Source: an uncultured delta proteobacterium (GTDB lineage: Bacteria; Desulfobacterota; Desulfobacteria; Desulfobacterales; JAHEIW01). From it: 64,000 nt of DNA. A model generated the notes under the pieces. The model was not told where the DNA came from, ran no database searches, and was given only the letters and a program-made list of their open reading frames with translations. The first letter of the stretch is position 1. Each line of letters opens with the position of its first letter. Positions 47,838-57,939 of this stretch are shown piece after piece. The stretch covers positions 143,732 through 207,731 of the forward strand of contig CAVPNL010000018.1 of assembly GCA_963706575.1 (NCBI GenBank), written 5' to 3'. The position numbers were made by a program, and so were the translations under genes.

Positions 47838-48466
47838 TGTTGCGTCTAAAATCTGTTATTCACAATGCGCTGAATACCTGTCGCTTATCCGCGGGGATCA
47901 TTCCAGTTTCAACACGTTTGCTCTTTAGAATATCGCCATCCTCCTTGCACTATGCGCCTATACCGTTATCTGCGGTTGCTACCGAACTGCGAAAACCGTA
48001 ACACTGGGTTGGTCACCCAATGACGAACCCGACCTTGAAGGCTATGTGGTGTATCGCAATACGAATTCTCCGGGCCCGCCGTATAGTTATTCAGACACCA
48101 TACCGGAAGGCGAGCTTGCCGATCCGCTCCATCCAAAAGCGACCCTCACCGGATTGCAGGAAGGCAAAGAATATTATATCGCCCTTACGGCTTACAATAC
48201 TGAGGGCGTCGAGAGCGGTTTTTCAAACGACGTCTGTGTTGAAGTGGTAAACGGTATTGCCGAACTCTGCGGTGCAAGCTCCACCCCGACCCCTTCAACT
48301 GAGCTCGGTCAGCAGCGGTGGCAGCGGTGGTGGTGGCAGCGTCTGCTTCATCTCTACCGCTTCGTATCGACCGCCAAATAATCACCTGCTATTCTATATC
48401 CTATTCACCCTTACGATAATCGGCATCGTATCCTGCGTCTATAGAACAAAGTCCAACAAACAATAA
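47838..48466 (+). pseudogene. Small secreted FN3 protein with CFI tail, at least two frameshifts (likely assembly error); start approximate
   Basis: IAILLALC..TVTLGWSPNDEPDLEGYVVY..LTGLQEGKEYYIALTAYN..ESGFSN then SSGGSGGGGSVCFISTASY + TM + RTK in another frame. Confidence 0.75.
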
Positions 48467-48600
48467 AGAATTCCTTATCCTTTCTCCTTTTACCATGCGC
48501 CATGCGCAATATTAAACCAATTCAACCAATCAAACTAATCAAACCAATAAAACAGTCCGCAAGGTCTAAGTTAACCTTTGAACCTTGAACCCTGAACCTT

Positions 48601-49386
48601 TTACCTTATTACCAATTTCGGATCCTCGGACAGCTCCCCCGCTTTTTGCCCATTGGATATCATCCCGATCCATCCGGCCGCACCTTCATCGGCCCTTTCG
48701 AAATCATCGTAAGCCCAGACTACAATCAGTTTGAATTTGGCTTTTTGGGCGTTAAGCTCGTTTCTTAGCTTTTTTTCATAACTCAACAGCAGGGCTTTAA
48801 TCTGGGACTTTGCCAGGCCCCGGGGAACCAGCAAGACCCTTCTGCGCTTAATATAAGCCGGAGGATTGTTATCATCTTCATTGATAATCTCTTTGAACGT
48901 GGGGATGCTGGCATATTGAGGTGTGGCTGCTTTGGGGGATTTTTCCTTTTTTGAGACCGGTATTTTCTTTTCAGGAGTTGCTTTTTTTTTCATCGGGGCG
49001 GCGGCTGACTTTCGGGGGACTGCTTTCGGTTCTTTGGGGACCGATACTTCTTTTTCAGGAATTACGGTTTCCTTTTCAGAGGCCACCGCCTCCTTTTTGA
49101 AAACTGATGCTTTTTTTTCAGGAACAACCGTTACTTCTTTATGGACTTTTATTACGGTAGCCTCTGGTTTCTTAACCTTGACCGTGCTCCGGCCCTTCTC
49201 GATGCGCTCAACATCTGCTTTCGGATAGCCGAAAACAATACCGCCAATTTCGCATCGAACCTCTTTATTTTCCTCCCAGATATGCGGTGCTTCAACGCGC
49301 ATACCGTCTTTGAAGATGATCGTATCGGCGGCGGCCGGCAAAGAAAATGCCAGCAAAATCAGTGATAAGATAAGGGTCTTTTTCAT
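48601..49386 (-). CDS. Secreted hypothetical protein with a K/E/P-rich 7-aa repeat linker
   Basis: Signal peptide MKKT..AAA; PEKKASV/SEKETVI/PEKEVSV/PEKKIPV repeats. Confidence 0.8.
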   Translation of the reverse strand: MKKTLILSLILLAFSLPAAADTIIFKDGMRVEAPHIWEENKEVRCEIGGIVFGYPKADVERIEKGRSTVKVKKPEATVIKVHKEVTVVPEKKASVFKKEAVASEKETVIPEKEVSVPKEPKAVPRKSAAAPMKKKATPEKKIPVSKKEKSPKAATPQYASIPTFKEIINEDDNNPPAYIKRRRVLLVPRGLAKSQIKALLLSYEKKLRNELNAQKAKFKLIVVWAYDDFERADEGAAGWIGMISNGQKAGELSEDPKLVIR

Positions 49387-49439
49387 GTCGCACTCCATTT
49401 ATTTTGGATAGCGCCTGAATTGATGGTGCCGAATCTTCA

Positions 49440-49709
49440 TCATTTAAAAAGCCAGGCAAGCTTCTTGCGGCGCTCGCCTTTTCTCCTATCTTGCTTTAGA
49501 CTCATATGGGTGGCTTCCAATCGCCGGTCTTTTTCCCGCCGGCTGTTTTTACGGCGTTCGCCTTTTCTCCTATCCAACGCCGGGTCCATGTGGGTCACGC
49601 CCATCCGCCGGTCTTTTCCGCTCCTGCGGTCTTGAAACACACATCTGAGCCTGAGCGACGGCTGATCAACGGCCGTGGGTTGTTGGTCTATTCTGTCAAT
49701 CGATTTCAT
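49440..49709 (-). CDS. Small Arg-rich DRR-repeat protein
   Basis: GGAGG RBS; DRRSGKDRR..THM..DRRKGERRK..EKDRR..THM..DRRKGERRK. Confidence 0.7.
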   Translation of the reverse strand: MKSIDRIDQQPTAVDQPSLRLRCVFQDRRSGKDRRMGVTHMDPALDRRKGERRKNSRREKDRRLEATHMSLKQDRRKGERRKKLAWLFK

Positions 49710-49721
49710 TTCGATTCCCTC

Positions 49722-50034
49722 CTAATCTTTAAAAAAAACTTTGAAGCTCACCCCCGACACCCTGGGACGATATCCTGGCGATTTCACCGGTCACCATATG
49801 GCTTTCCCCTGTAGATGGAAAGGTGATCGTCATGGCAACTTCCTGCCCGACAGAAAATTTCCGGGTGGTTTTAATGAAAGCGCCGTTGGAACTAATATTA
49901 CAAATCGGTGCGATAAATGCACTATCTCTGGTTTTGCACGCAGCTGTCGGCAGGACTTCACTAAACCGCTTTCGGCCGCAATTTCTTCCATCCATATGAT
50001 TAAAATACCATTTTCTGGGATGAGATTTGGCCAT
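49722..50034 (-). CDS. Stand-alone PilZ domain protein (frameshift in a G-run near 49752)
   Basis: RNCGR, NISSNGAFI, G.I.R...GVG(V.F) after removing one G. Confidence 0.8.
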
Positions 50035-50430
50035 ACCGAAAAATCCCTGTGGTACAGACAAACATCAACCGGACCCGTTCAAACCGCCTGGTGGCAGCTC
50101 GTGAATCCGGAAGGTCCTCGGATTAAATTTCACAATCAATTTGACATTCTGTCTTTGAGGCAGGCCGGTACGGGCAATTTTTTTGAAGCAAGTTATCAGT
50201 AGCAGTCGTTAGTACTGAGTATGATCCGACTTATAGTACTGATCAATTCATCACCGTCGCAATTGTCCGACATGCCGTATTTTACTGAATTTTAATATAT
50301 TTTAAATGAAATCCCTTGTGGGTGCAATACGGCAGATGGATGATTTTTCGTAATACTTTGGCCGGTCGGGAATAGGCAGGTACTAGGGAAATCTGGTACA
50401 GGGGGTCGTAGTCGATTAATACCGCAGTAT

Positions 50431-50576
50431 TAGAACCCATCTCAAAAATAGGATTTTGGTTCAAGATCGCGGCGGGGCCGAGTTTGAAACCGCAGGCATA
50501 CTGTTGTATGTTGAGGATTTGAAACGAGGCACCAACAAAGATATTGGGCCAAAAGACATTTTTGAGATGGGTTCTA
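50431..50576. mobile_element. ~145-bp MITE-like element, second copy
   Basis: TAGAACCCATCTCAAAAAT ... ATTTTTGAGATGGGTTCTA, near-identical to 21725-21869. Confidence 0.88.
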
Positions 50577-50618
50577 GATTCTCAGAGATGTGATGCAGGG
50601 TCGGATGCGACAAAGCGC

Positions 50619-50885
50619 CTAGAAGTGGTTTCAAAACCTCAGATCAGGTTTCCCGCTTGAACGCGGGATTACACGTCTTGATTTTAACAAATTAAGGTGT
50701 GCATCAAAGCAAGGCGTCCCGCGAATTGAAATGCGTGTGTCCGAGCGTATACATTAGTACGTGAGTATTTCAATTTGGGGGGCAACGAAGCCATTGGGCC
50801 TTTTGAGCCCCTTAAATCATCTTTCAATTAGATGCGAAATCCCGCTTCATTAAGCGGGGAGATGGGGTTTTCAAACCACTTCTAG
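50619..50885. mobile_element. MITE-like element (CTAGAAGTGGTTTCAAAA ... TTTTCAAACCACTTCTAG)
   Basis: CTAG-bounded TIRs; interior similar to 12227-12424. Confidence 0.8.
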
Positions 50886-52498
50886 CGGATTTTCTTGACC
50901 ATGATTTCAACCCGCCGGTTCTGCTTTCGACCTTCGAATGTCGTGTTGCTTTTTATGGGCTTTTCCGGTCCGCATCCAATCGCAATGATATTCGCCGATG
51001 CGATACCATGGCCGATAAGGTAGTTTTTGACCATGTCGGCCCGATATTTTGAAAGCTGTTTGTTGTAAACCGGGTCGCCGTATGAATCCGTATAGCCTTC
51101 TACGGTAATTTTTAAATCCGGACGCTGCAAAGTAAACTTAACGATAGTGTCGAGGGTTGCATAAGCTTTTGGGGGAAGCTCGTTTGAATTATGCTCAAAC
51201 TGGATTATCGATCTTTGATCGGCAATGAAACCGGTCGGTTGCATTTCGGCTGAACCTATTTTCGGGCTTTGTGTTACACGCATTTCCTCATCCTGCGCAC
51301 TTTTCATGTTCAGAGATGCTTCTGCGGTTTTTTCGGTTTCCGGATCCACCTGCAGGGCTATTTCTGTTTCCGAGCTCTCCTGCCGTGTTGCTTCGGCGGT
51401 CGCCTGCTCTTGCCCAGCTATTTTCACGTTATCAATTTCAGTCTTGAACGCTTCTCTTCGTTCTTCTAAGAACCCGCTTTCTTTTTTTGGTGCAAATTCC
51501 TGCGCACTCCAGCGGGGTGGTTCCTCCCGCAGCGAACCGTATATCTGATATCCGACAAAAACAAATAGCAGCAGGATGATGAGGGCGAACCCGTAACTGA
51601 AACTTCTTTGCGGTCTTACCCGGGAGGCAGCTTCCGCCGACGGCTTCACCGGTTGAAACGGATTGGGTTGCTCTTTTTTGGTTTTATCCATGCCGAGAGA
51701 AATATGAAGCTCCTTGCCGCATTCTTTTATCACGCCTGCACCGATCTTCTTTAATTCGGCAGAATAACCGGACACCAGGGCATAATCGCAGATAATATTG
51801 ATGAGCCGCGGATAGCCCTGGGAAAGCGTAAAAACCTCACGCACCGCATCCGGTTTGAAAATGTCATCGAGCGCGCCGGCCAGCATGAGGCGGTGACGGA
51901 TATATTGGGAGGTTTCGCTTGCCGTCAGGGGCTTGAGCTCGTAATTGACCGCAATCCGCTGCCGGACGGCTCTGTTTTGCTGCTCCATCAGCATTTGATT
52001 AAATTCGCTCTGGCCGACAAAGAAGATATTGATCAGTTTTCTGTGATCCATTTCGATGTTGGACAGCAGCCGGATTTGCTCGAGCAGCTCATGGTTCAGC
52101 CGCTGGGCTTCATCGATAATCAGCAATACTTTTTTATCGGCGCCATAGGATTCGAGCAGAAATTGCTTGAACTGCATTAAAAATTCACCCTTGCTGAAGA
52201 AAACTTTATTCATCTTAAATTCTTCGGCAAGAAGCCTGAAAAAATCCATGATATCCAGATCCGGGTCCGGGATGGTGGCGATAAGTGTTTCGAGACCGCT
52301 CATTTTGGCAAAGGCGTTTATCAGAAGGGTCTTGCCGGTGCCCACATCGCCGGTCAGAAGCAAAAACCCCTTCTCTTCCAGAATAGCGTATTTAAAGGAA
52401 GCCAGGCCTTCCTTGTGCTTTTCGCTTACCCAGAAAAATCTGGAATCCGGGCTGATGTTAAACGGCTTTTCTCTCAGATGGTAATAATTAAGATACAT
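50882..52498 (-). CDS. ExeA/GspA-like AAA ATPase with TM helix and C-terminal OmpA-like domain
   Basis: MYLNYYHL..KPFNISPD, GDVGTGKT, LIIDEAQ, GYPRLINIICD; EGYTD..LS..RA..NRRVEI. Confidence 0.9.
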   Translation of the reverse strand: MYLNYYHLREKPFNISPDSRFFWVSEKHKEGLASFKYAILEEKGFLLLTGDVGTGKTLLINAFAKMSGLETLIATIPDPDLDIMDFFRLLAEEFKMNKVFFSKGEFLMQFKQFLLESYGADKKVLLIIDEAQRLNHELLEQIRLLSNIEMDHRKLINIFFVGQSEFNQMLMEQQNRAVRQRIAVNYELKPLTASETSQYIRHRLMLAGALDDIFKPDAVREVFTLSQGYPRLINIICDYALVSGYSAELKKIGAGVIKECGKELHISLGMDKTKKEQPNPFQPVKPSAEAASRVRPQRSFSYGFALIILLLFVFVGYQIYGSLREEPPRWSAQEFAPKKESGFLEERREAFKTEIDNVKIAGQEQATAEATRQESSETEIALQVDPETEKTAEASLNMKSAQDEEMRVTQSPKIGSAEMQPTGFIADQRSIIQFEHNSNELPPKAYATLDTIVKFTLQRPDLKITVEGYTDSYGDPVYNKQLSKYRADMVKNYLIGHGIASANIIAIGCGPEKPIKSNTTFEGRKQNRRVEIMVKKIR

Positions 52499-52644
52499 GG
52501 TTTGTATATCTTCCTAACGGTGCATGGGGCATAGCGCCTCGCGTATGGTGAATTTCATTTGCCTGTTAAAGCGCAATTCCATCCCAACCCGCTTCATTCA
52601 TGAAAAAGAATCCAACAAAAGCCGGTCCGAATTTGAATAAAAGT

Positions 52645-52660
52645 AGCAAGTTACATGCCA
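52645..52660 (-). promoter_or_regulatory. Sigma54 -24/-12 promoter
   Basis: Minus strand CTGGCATGTAACTTGCT upstream of the ExeA-like gene. Confidence 0.75.
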
Positions 52661-53260
52661 GTTAGACTAAAATCAAGCCAATTGACCAACGAAAATCAAA
52701 AAGACAAAATGGCCGATCTTATCCTATTGATATTTATACTATTTTTAACTTCGAGGGGGCACTGGACCGTAACAAAACCCCCAGTATGGGAATTAAAAGT
52801 AATATTGCCGAACAGAAAAAATGAGAAACCATTTTCATATAAATGAGTACTGCATGCCACAGATTAGGAGAGATTGGTTAATTAGTTGATTCGTTAAATA
52901 GTTTAGGAAGGAATCAATTTATTGATTATTTGTTTAAATTCATCTGGATGGGGAAAAGCAACGACTCATAAGGATGGTTCGATGGGTTCGGTTAATCATC
53001 TTGTTTAACCAATCAAATAAATTAAACTAATCAAACCAATAAAACAGGCTTTGGACCTAACCAATCAACCTTAAACCTTAGTAACTTGGACCATATACCT
53101 TATACCTGCTTATGGGGTCGTAGCGCGGAGCGCGAAGCCCCATACCTTTTAGAAAAACTGCACACCGGGTGTCAAATATTTGATAAATATTGCCCGCACA
53201 TATCGGTATCGAATTTTATAACATTTCGAATTTATTATAATAAAATAAAATAAGGGGTGC

Positions 53261-53276
53261 TGGCACAATTTCTGCA
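53261..53276 (+). promoter_or_regulatory. Sigma54 -24/-12 promoter
   Basis: CTGGCACAATTTCTGCA upstream of the receiver gene. Confidence 0.7.
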
Positions 53277-53338
53277 AAAAACAGGAATAGGCCCATATTT
53301 TGGGGCCGGGCATGATTTCCGTGTTGAGGAGCCATGTT

Positions 53339-53722
53339 ATGAAAATGGAAAATGATAAACGGACGGTTTTGATTGTCGATGACGAAGAAGTGGTGCTGGA
53401 TGTTGAGGGCCTGATGCTCAAAAAAATGGGCTTTAATATCCTGAAAGCAAACAACTCTGCAAAAGCATGTCGTCTTTACAAGAATAAAAAAGACGATATC
53501 GACCTGGTGATTTTAGATATGATCATGCCGGGCGACAACGGCGCCGTAACCTATAAAAAATTAAAAATGATCAACCCCGGCATCAGGGTGCTCATTTCTT
53601 CCGGGTTTTGGAAAGACCTGAACGTCAAAGCAATCTTAAACGACGGCAAAAACAGTTTCATCCAAAAACCCTTCAAATTCGCCGAGCTCAATAAAAAAAT
53701 CGATTCGATACTATCAACCTAG
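53339..53722 (+). CDS. Single-domain response regulator receiver
   Basis: IVDDE, LVILDMIMP, SSG, FIQKPF. Confidence 0.92.
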   Translation: MKMENDKRTVLIVDDEEVVLDVEGLMLKKMGFNILKANNSAKACRLYKNKKDDIDLVILDMIMPGDNGAVTYKKLKMINPGIRVLISSGFWKDLNVKAILNDGKNSFIQKPFKFAELNKKIDSILST

Positions 53723-53948
53723 TCTGCCCCAACCTCCAACCTCAAACCTAACGCATTTACCCTGCGCGTGCGCCGTTTGAACACATTCATATGTAAAATT
53801 AAGATGTGAAATCCTGCATTCTGCGGTGGCGCCTTTCGCCCATCTATTTGCCCAATCAATGAAAACTTACTATTTTGTTTTAATTGACAAAATGGTTAAT
53901 CATGCTATCGTGGATTAATGGTAAATCCGGATGAGATGAGGCCTACCT

Positions 53949-55112
53949 ATGCACAAACAAATGAAAAAAATCGGCGCAAAAACCAAAATTAACTTCTCTC
54001 TGGTTCTAATAATGTTGTTGTTTTTTGGATGCGCCTCCCACCAGAAAGCGGATGTAAGTTTCCCGGGACACAAACGCGTTACAAATATGATGATCAGCAA
54101 AAACCATGAATCATTGATTTTAACGATCGAGGGCAACCGGCCGCTGACCTATACCGCTGAAAAAATGATAGTTCCAATGGGCGTTGTGTTGAAATTTCCT
54201 GATACGAGTCTGGAACTTTCCCGTCGAATTTATGTGCCCCCTGAAAATGAAATTATCAGCTCCGTTAAAGCTGATGAAAATATCGAAGGTCAGACAACAA
54301 CCGCGCGCATATTTATTTCCCTTAAAAAGGATTCGCCCTATGACCTGTCCGCTGATGCCGCCAGGCTTATGGTCACTTTCCCGGCAACAGGCGCACTTTC
54401 AGATGATGCTCAGCCCGGGAGCAAATGGGTCGAGAAAAAACCCGAGCCCGAACCTGTAGCTGAGAAGCAGCCCGAACCCGAGCCCGTTCAATTTCGCCGG
54501 CAAACAGCAACCTATTTAAAAACGGTTACGGCCACGGCATTTAAGGACAAAATCACCGTTGAAGTCAAGGCGGACGGCGTCATAAATGACTACAAGTCAT
54601 TTACCCTGGACCGTCCGCCCCGAATCGTATTTGACCTGTACAATCTAAAAAGCCCGTATGAGACACACCAAATCGTCTCTGTTGCGTCGCCGTGGATCCA
54701 GCGCATTCGTCATTTCGCACATCCGGACAAAGTGCGGCTGGTGCTCGAAACCCAAAAAAGCTATCTGTCAAAATATTCTGCCTTTCCCGATGAGACCGGC
54801 CTGTTGATCGATGTCGGTGATAACCGTGCAGCACCGGGTAAGGCGAGTCAAACTGCACCCGATGCCGCCTCCGGAACCCAACAGGCTAAATTAGTATGGG
54901 AGGAGGTTCCGGATGCGGAAGCCTATAATGTCTACTGGAGCACTTCCCCCGGGGTTACCCGGCATAACGGCAATAAGATAGCAAATGTTCAAAGCCCGGC
55001 TGTTATCAATAAACTCACATCCGGCGTAACCTATTACTTCGTGGTGACAGCCGTCAAAGGCTCCAGGGAGAGTTCTGAATCCGAAGAAATTTCATTCACT
55101 CCCGGCGAATAA
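53949..55112 (+). CDS. Lipoprotein with two AMIN-like domains and a C-terminal FN3 domain
   Basis: Lipobox FFGC; YKSFTLDRPPRIVFDL..IR..HPDKVRLVLE; W..V..AEAYNVYW..YYFVVTAV..ES. Confidence 0.82.
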   Translation: MHKQMKKIGAKTKINFSLVLIMLLFFGCASHQKADVSFPGHKRVTNMMISKNHESLILTIEGNRPLTYTAEKMIVPMGVVLKFPDTSLELSRRIYVPPENEIISSVKADENIEGQTTTARIFISLKKDSPYDLSADAARLMVTFPATGALSDDAQPGSKWVEKKPEPEPVAEKQPEPEPVQFRRQTATYLKTVTATAFKDKITVEVKADGVINDYKSFTLDRPPRIVFDLYNLKSPYETHQIVSVASPWIQRIRHFAHPDKVRLVLETQKSYLSKYSAFPDETGLLIDVGDNRAAPGKASQTAPDAASGTQQAKLVWEEVPDAEAYNVYWSTSPGVTRHNGNKIANVQSPAVINKLTSGVTYYFVVTAVKGSRESSESEEISFTPGE

Positions 55113-55379
55113 AACCGGCCCGGGTCCGGCGGGTCTCCGGTGCCGGTGCACCTGTCAACTGTTGCCTCTTTTCGCTTGCCTCCTGAACGTTTAATTTGCA
55201 GCAACACCCCGATTTTCGCAGCCCCAAAAATCAGTGCCCGCAAATTTCAATTCAGCCAAAAAAACAGTAATGGTTGACTGACAGGGTTTAAGTGTAATAT
55301 TATAACTATCCCGAATCAGAAAGTTTATTTTCCATGATCCATTTTTGAGACAGCTTCTAAATAAATCAGGAAATTTCCA

Positions 55380-57098
55380 ATGTATCTTCTCCACTATGGC
55401 CTGAATAAAATGCCGTTTGACATCAGCCCGGATCCAGCGTTTCTGTGGCTGGGTGAAACGCACAGAGAGGCCCTTTCTTACCTGAAATACGGCATACTTG
55501 GAAACCGGCGATTTTTGGTGGTCACCGGCGATGTCGGCACCGGCAAAACGGCAATGATTAAGACCCTCGTTAAGTTGATCGATGTTCGTGCGATCGTGGT
55601 GACCATCCCGGATCCGGATCTGAGCCGGCTGGATTTTTACAACTTCCTCGCGAACGAACTGAATATGGGGCGGCAGTTTAACTCAAAGGGCGAATTTCTG
55701 ATTCATTTCAAAAATTTTCTCCTGCAGGCACGTCAATCATCCAAAAAAGTGCTGTTGATCATCGATGAGGCCCAGCGTCTCAACCACGACATCCTTCAGG
55801 AAATTCGCTTTCTGGCCAACATCGATTTTGGCGGTAAAATTCTGATCAACATTTTTTTGGTCGGGCAGAACGAGTTTAAAGCGATTCTAATGGAGGATCG
55901 AAATAAATCTGTCAGAGACAGAATCACTGCCTACTGCGAGGTTAAACCACTGACGGAAAATGAAGTTTCCGGTTACATCCGCCACCGCCTCCGGGTTGCC
56001 GGTGCGACCCGACTGATTTTCACCCCGGATGCCGTCGGCACCATCTACCGGCACACACGGGGCTATCCACGCGTCATGAACATTCTTTGTGACCGGGCGC
56101 TGCTAACCGGTTTCATTAAAGAAAAAGATGTGATCAGCCCGGCTATGGTTGAGGAGGCGGCCGCTGATCTAACAATGACAATCGGCAAATACCGCTCCGA
56201 AGAACATAACGTCCGCCGGCCTGAAAAAGCCGTACCATCCAGATTCAAAGAACCGAAGGTTCGCCCACCAGAAAAAGCCGTCTTGACCCAATTCGAAGAA
56301 CAGAAGGTCCGCCGGCCTGAAAAAACCGTCCCGACCCGATTCAAAAGACCCCCGAGACGCAATCCGACGATACCACCTTTTGCAGCGGCCGTCCTGATTG
56401 TGCTTGTAGGGTTTGGGATTTATCTTTCTCGCGATTTTATTTTTGAAAATTTTCAGCAGCTGAAAAATAATCGAATCGCCGCTCAAATCATCGCATGGAT
56501 TCAAGGACCGGATCAGGACAAAACGCCGATGCACAAACAGTATATCAGTGCGTCAGGTGATGCTTTTACGCTCAAAAAGGAGAGCACGGCGTCATCTTCA
56601 GCCGAAAAGGTGAGATCCAGCAGACAGGCTGCTGCCCGATCCGACGAGCTTAAGACATCGTTAGACATAAGCAAAAAAATCGGTGTCCCGGTCACTGCCG
56701 GCACATCCTTGCAAAAAGGAGGAGCAGCACAGCCCGGGATTGCAACAACCGGGAAAACAACAAGCTATGTGATTAACTTCGACCCCGACTCTGACGAAAT
56801 TTCGCCTGAGTCCCAGGAGGTCCTCAAACGCATCACCGGAATTTTCTTCAAGTCCCCCGTCAAGGATATAACTGTAAAAGGGTACGCAGGTTCCTTCGGC
56901 AATGAGAACTATGAAAACTACATGTCGGTCGAAAGAGCTTTACAGGTAAAAAAATTTTTTGTCAGCAAGGGAATCCCGGCTTCAAGCCTCAATATATATG
57001 GAATGGGCTATGAAAAGCCCGGCGGCACAAATACGACAGCTGATGAATTACAGAAAAATAGTCGGGTGGAAATCGAAGTCAGTCTGATCCAGGAATAG
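55380..57098 (+). CDS. Second ExeA/GspA-like AAA ATPase with TM helix and divergent OmpA-like domain
   Basis: GDVGTGKT, LIIDEAQ, GYPRVMNILCD; 3x16-aa repeat; KGYAG..RA..NSRVEI. Confidence 0.9.
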   Translation: MYLLHYGLNKMPFDISPDPAFLWLGETHREALSYLKYGILGNRRFLVVTGDVGTGKTAMIKTLVKLIDVRAIVVTIPDPDLSRLDFYNFLANELNMGRQFNSKGEFLIHFKNFLLQARQSSKKVLLIIDEAQRLNHDILQEIRFLANIDFGGKILINIFLVGQNEFKAILMEDRNKSVRDRITAYCEVKPLTENEVSGYIRHRLRVAGATRLIFTPDAVGTIYRHTRGYPRVMNILCDRALLTGFIKEKDVISPAMVEEAAADLTMTIGKYRSEEHNVRRPEKAVPSRFKEPKVRPPEKAVLTQFEEQKVRRPEKTVPTRFKRPPRRNPTIPPFAAAVLIVLVGFGIYLSRDFIFENFQQLKNNRIAAQIIAWIQGPDQDKTPMHKQYISASGDAFTLKKESTASSSAEKVRSSRQAAARSDELKTSLDISKKIGVPVTAGTSLQKGGAAQPGIATTGKTTSYVINFDPDSDEISPESQEVLKRITGIFFKSPVKDITVKGYAGSFGNENYENYMSVERALQVKKFFVSKGIPASSLNIYGMGYEKPGGTNTTADELQKNSRVEIEVSLIQE

Positions 57099-57939
57099 AA
57101 ACAATGATTTAAGCCATCCTGCCGAACAAAAAACAAAGCCGGAAATATCCCTGGGACGCAGATTTACTCAGATTAACACAGATGGCTAATTCTATAATTA
57201 TTCAATCACGAAAACACGAAAGTTTAAAAGCACGAAAATTTAAAAAGTAAAACAAATACAAGAAACTCAAATTTACAGCAGCTTTCAAGCCTCCACGCCT
57301 CACAGCTTTCCAGCTTTTTTTCCTAATTAACTTTCGTGCTTTCGTGATTATTTTTTTTCCAACCCTCTCCCCTTCTGCTTTGATTGTCAGCTATCAGCTA
57401 TGAACTATGAGCTTTGATAGCTTCCCAGCCTCCAGGCCTTATAGCCTGCCAGCCTTTTACTTTGAGCTATCAGCTATGAGCTATGAGCTTTTAAGCCTCA
57501 TACCTGACGCCTTCAGCGTTCTGCCTTTTGCTTTTATTCTTTAATTCCTGTCTTAGAATAACTCAGTCCCCAGCATACAGCTTGCCCCGGCATAGCTTGC
57601 CAGAGCAAAGACGGATCCTCAGTCCTATTTTTTTCGGACGCCCAATCAACTCAATCAACTTGAATTCACCATGAATATTAATTCTGATTCATTTATTCAA
57701 CTTTAATTTATTCTTAATAAAAGGAAATTTAAATTTGTAGCAGCTATAGTTTTTAAATTGTAACTCATTGAATTTTTTAAAAATATTATTGACTTCTTTA
57801 TTTTTCTTTTCCTATAAAGGATTAAAAGCCCAACGGATCAAGTTTAGATTTTCTGGATCAGCGTGCTGCTGGCATATGGTTCTGGTATCGTATCGACACA
57901 TTGAATTTAGCATACTAAGAGAATGTGAGGCAAATTATT

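Noticed and set aside
47516..48001. 161-aa ORF
   Set aside because: Crosses a strong terminator hairpin; only its last part plausibly belongs to the frameshifted FN3 gene
57868..57885. TGGCATATGGTTCTGG as a sigma54 promoter
   Set aside because: The -12 GC is missing at the required spacing
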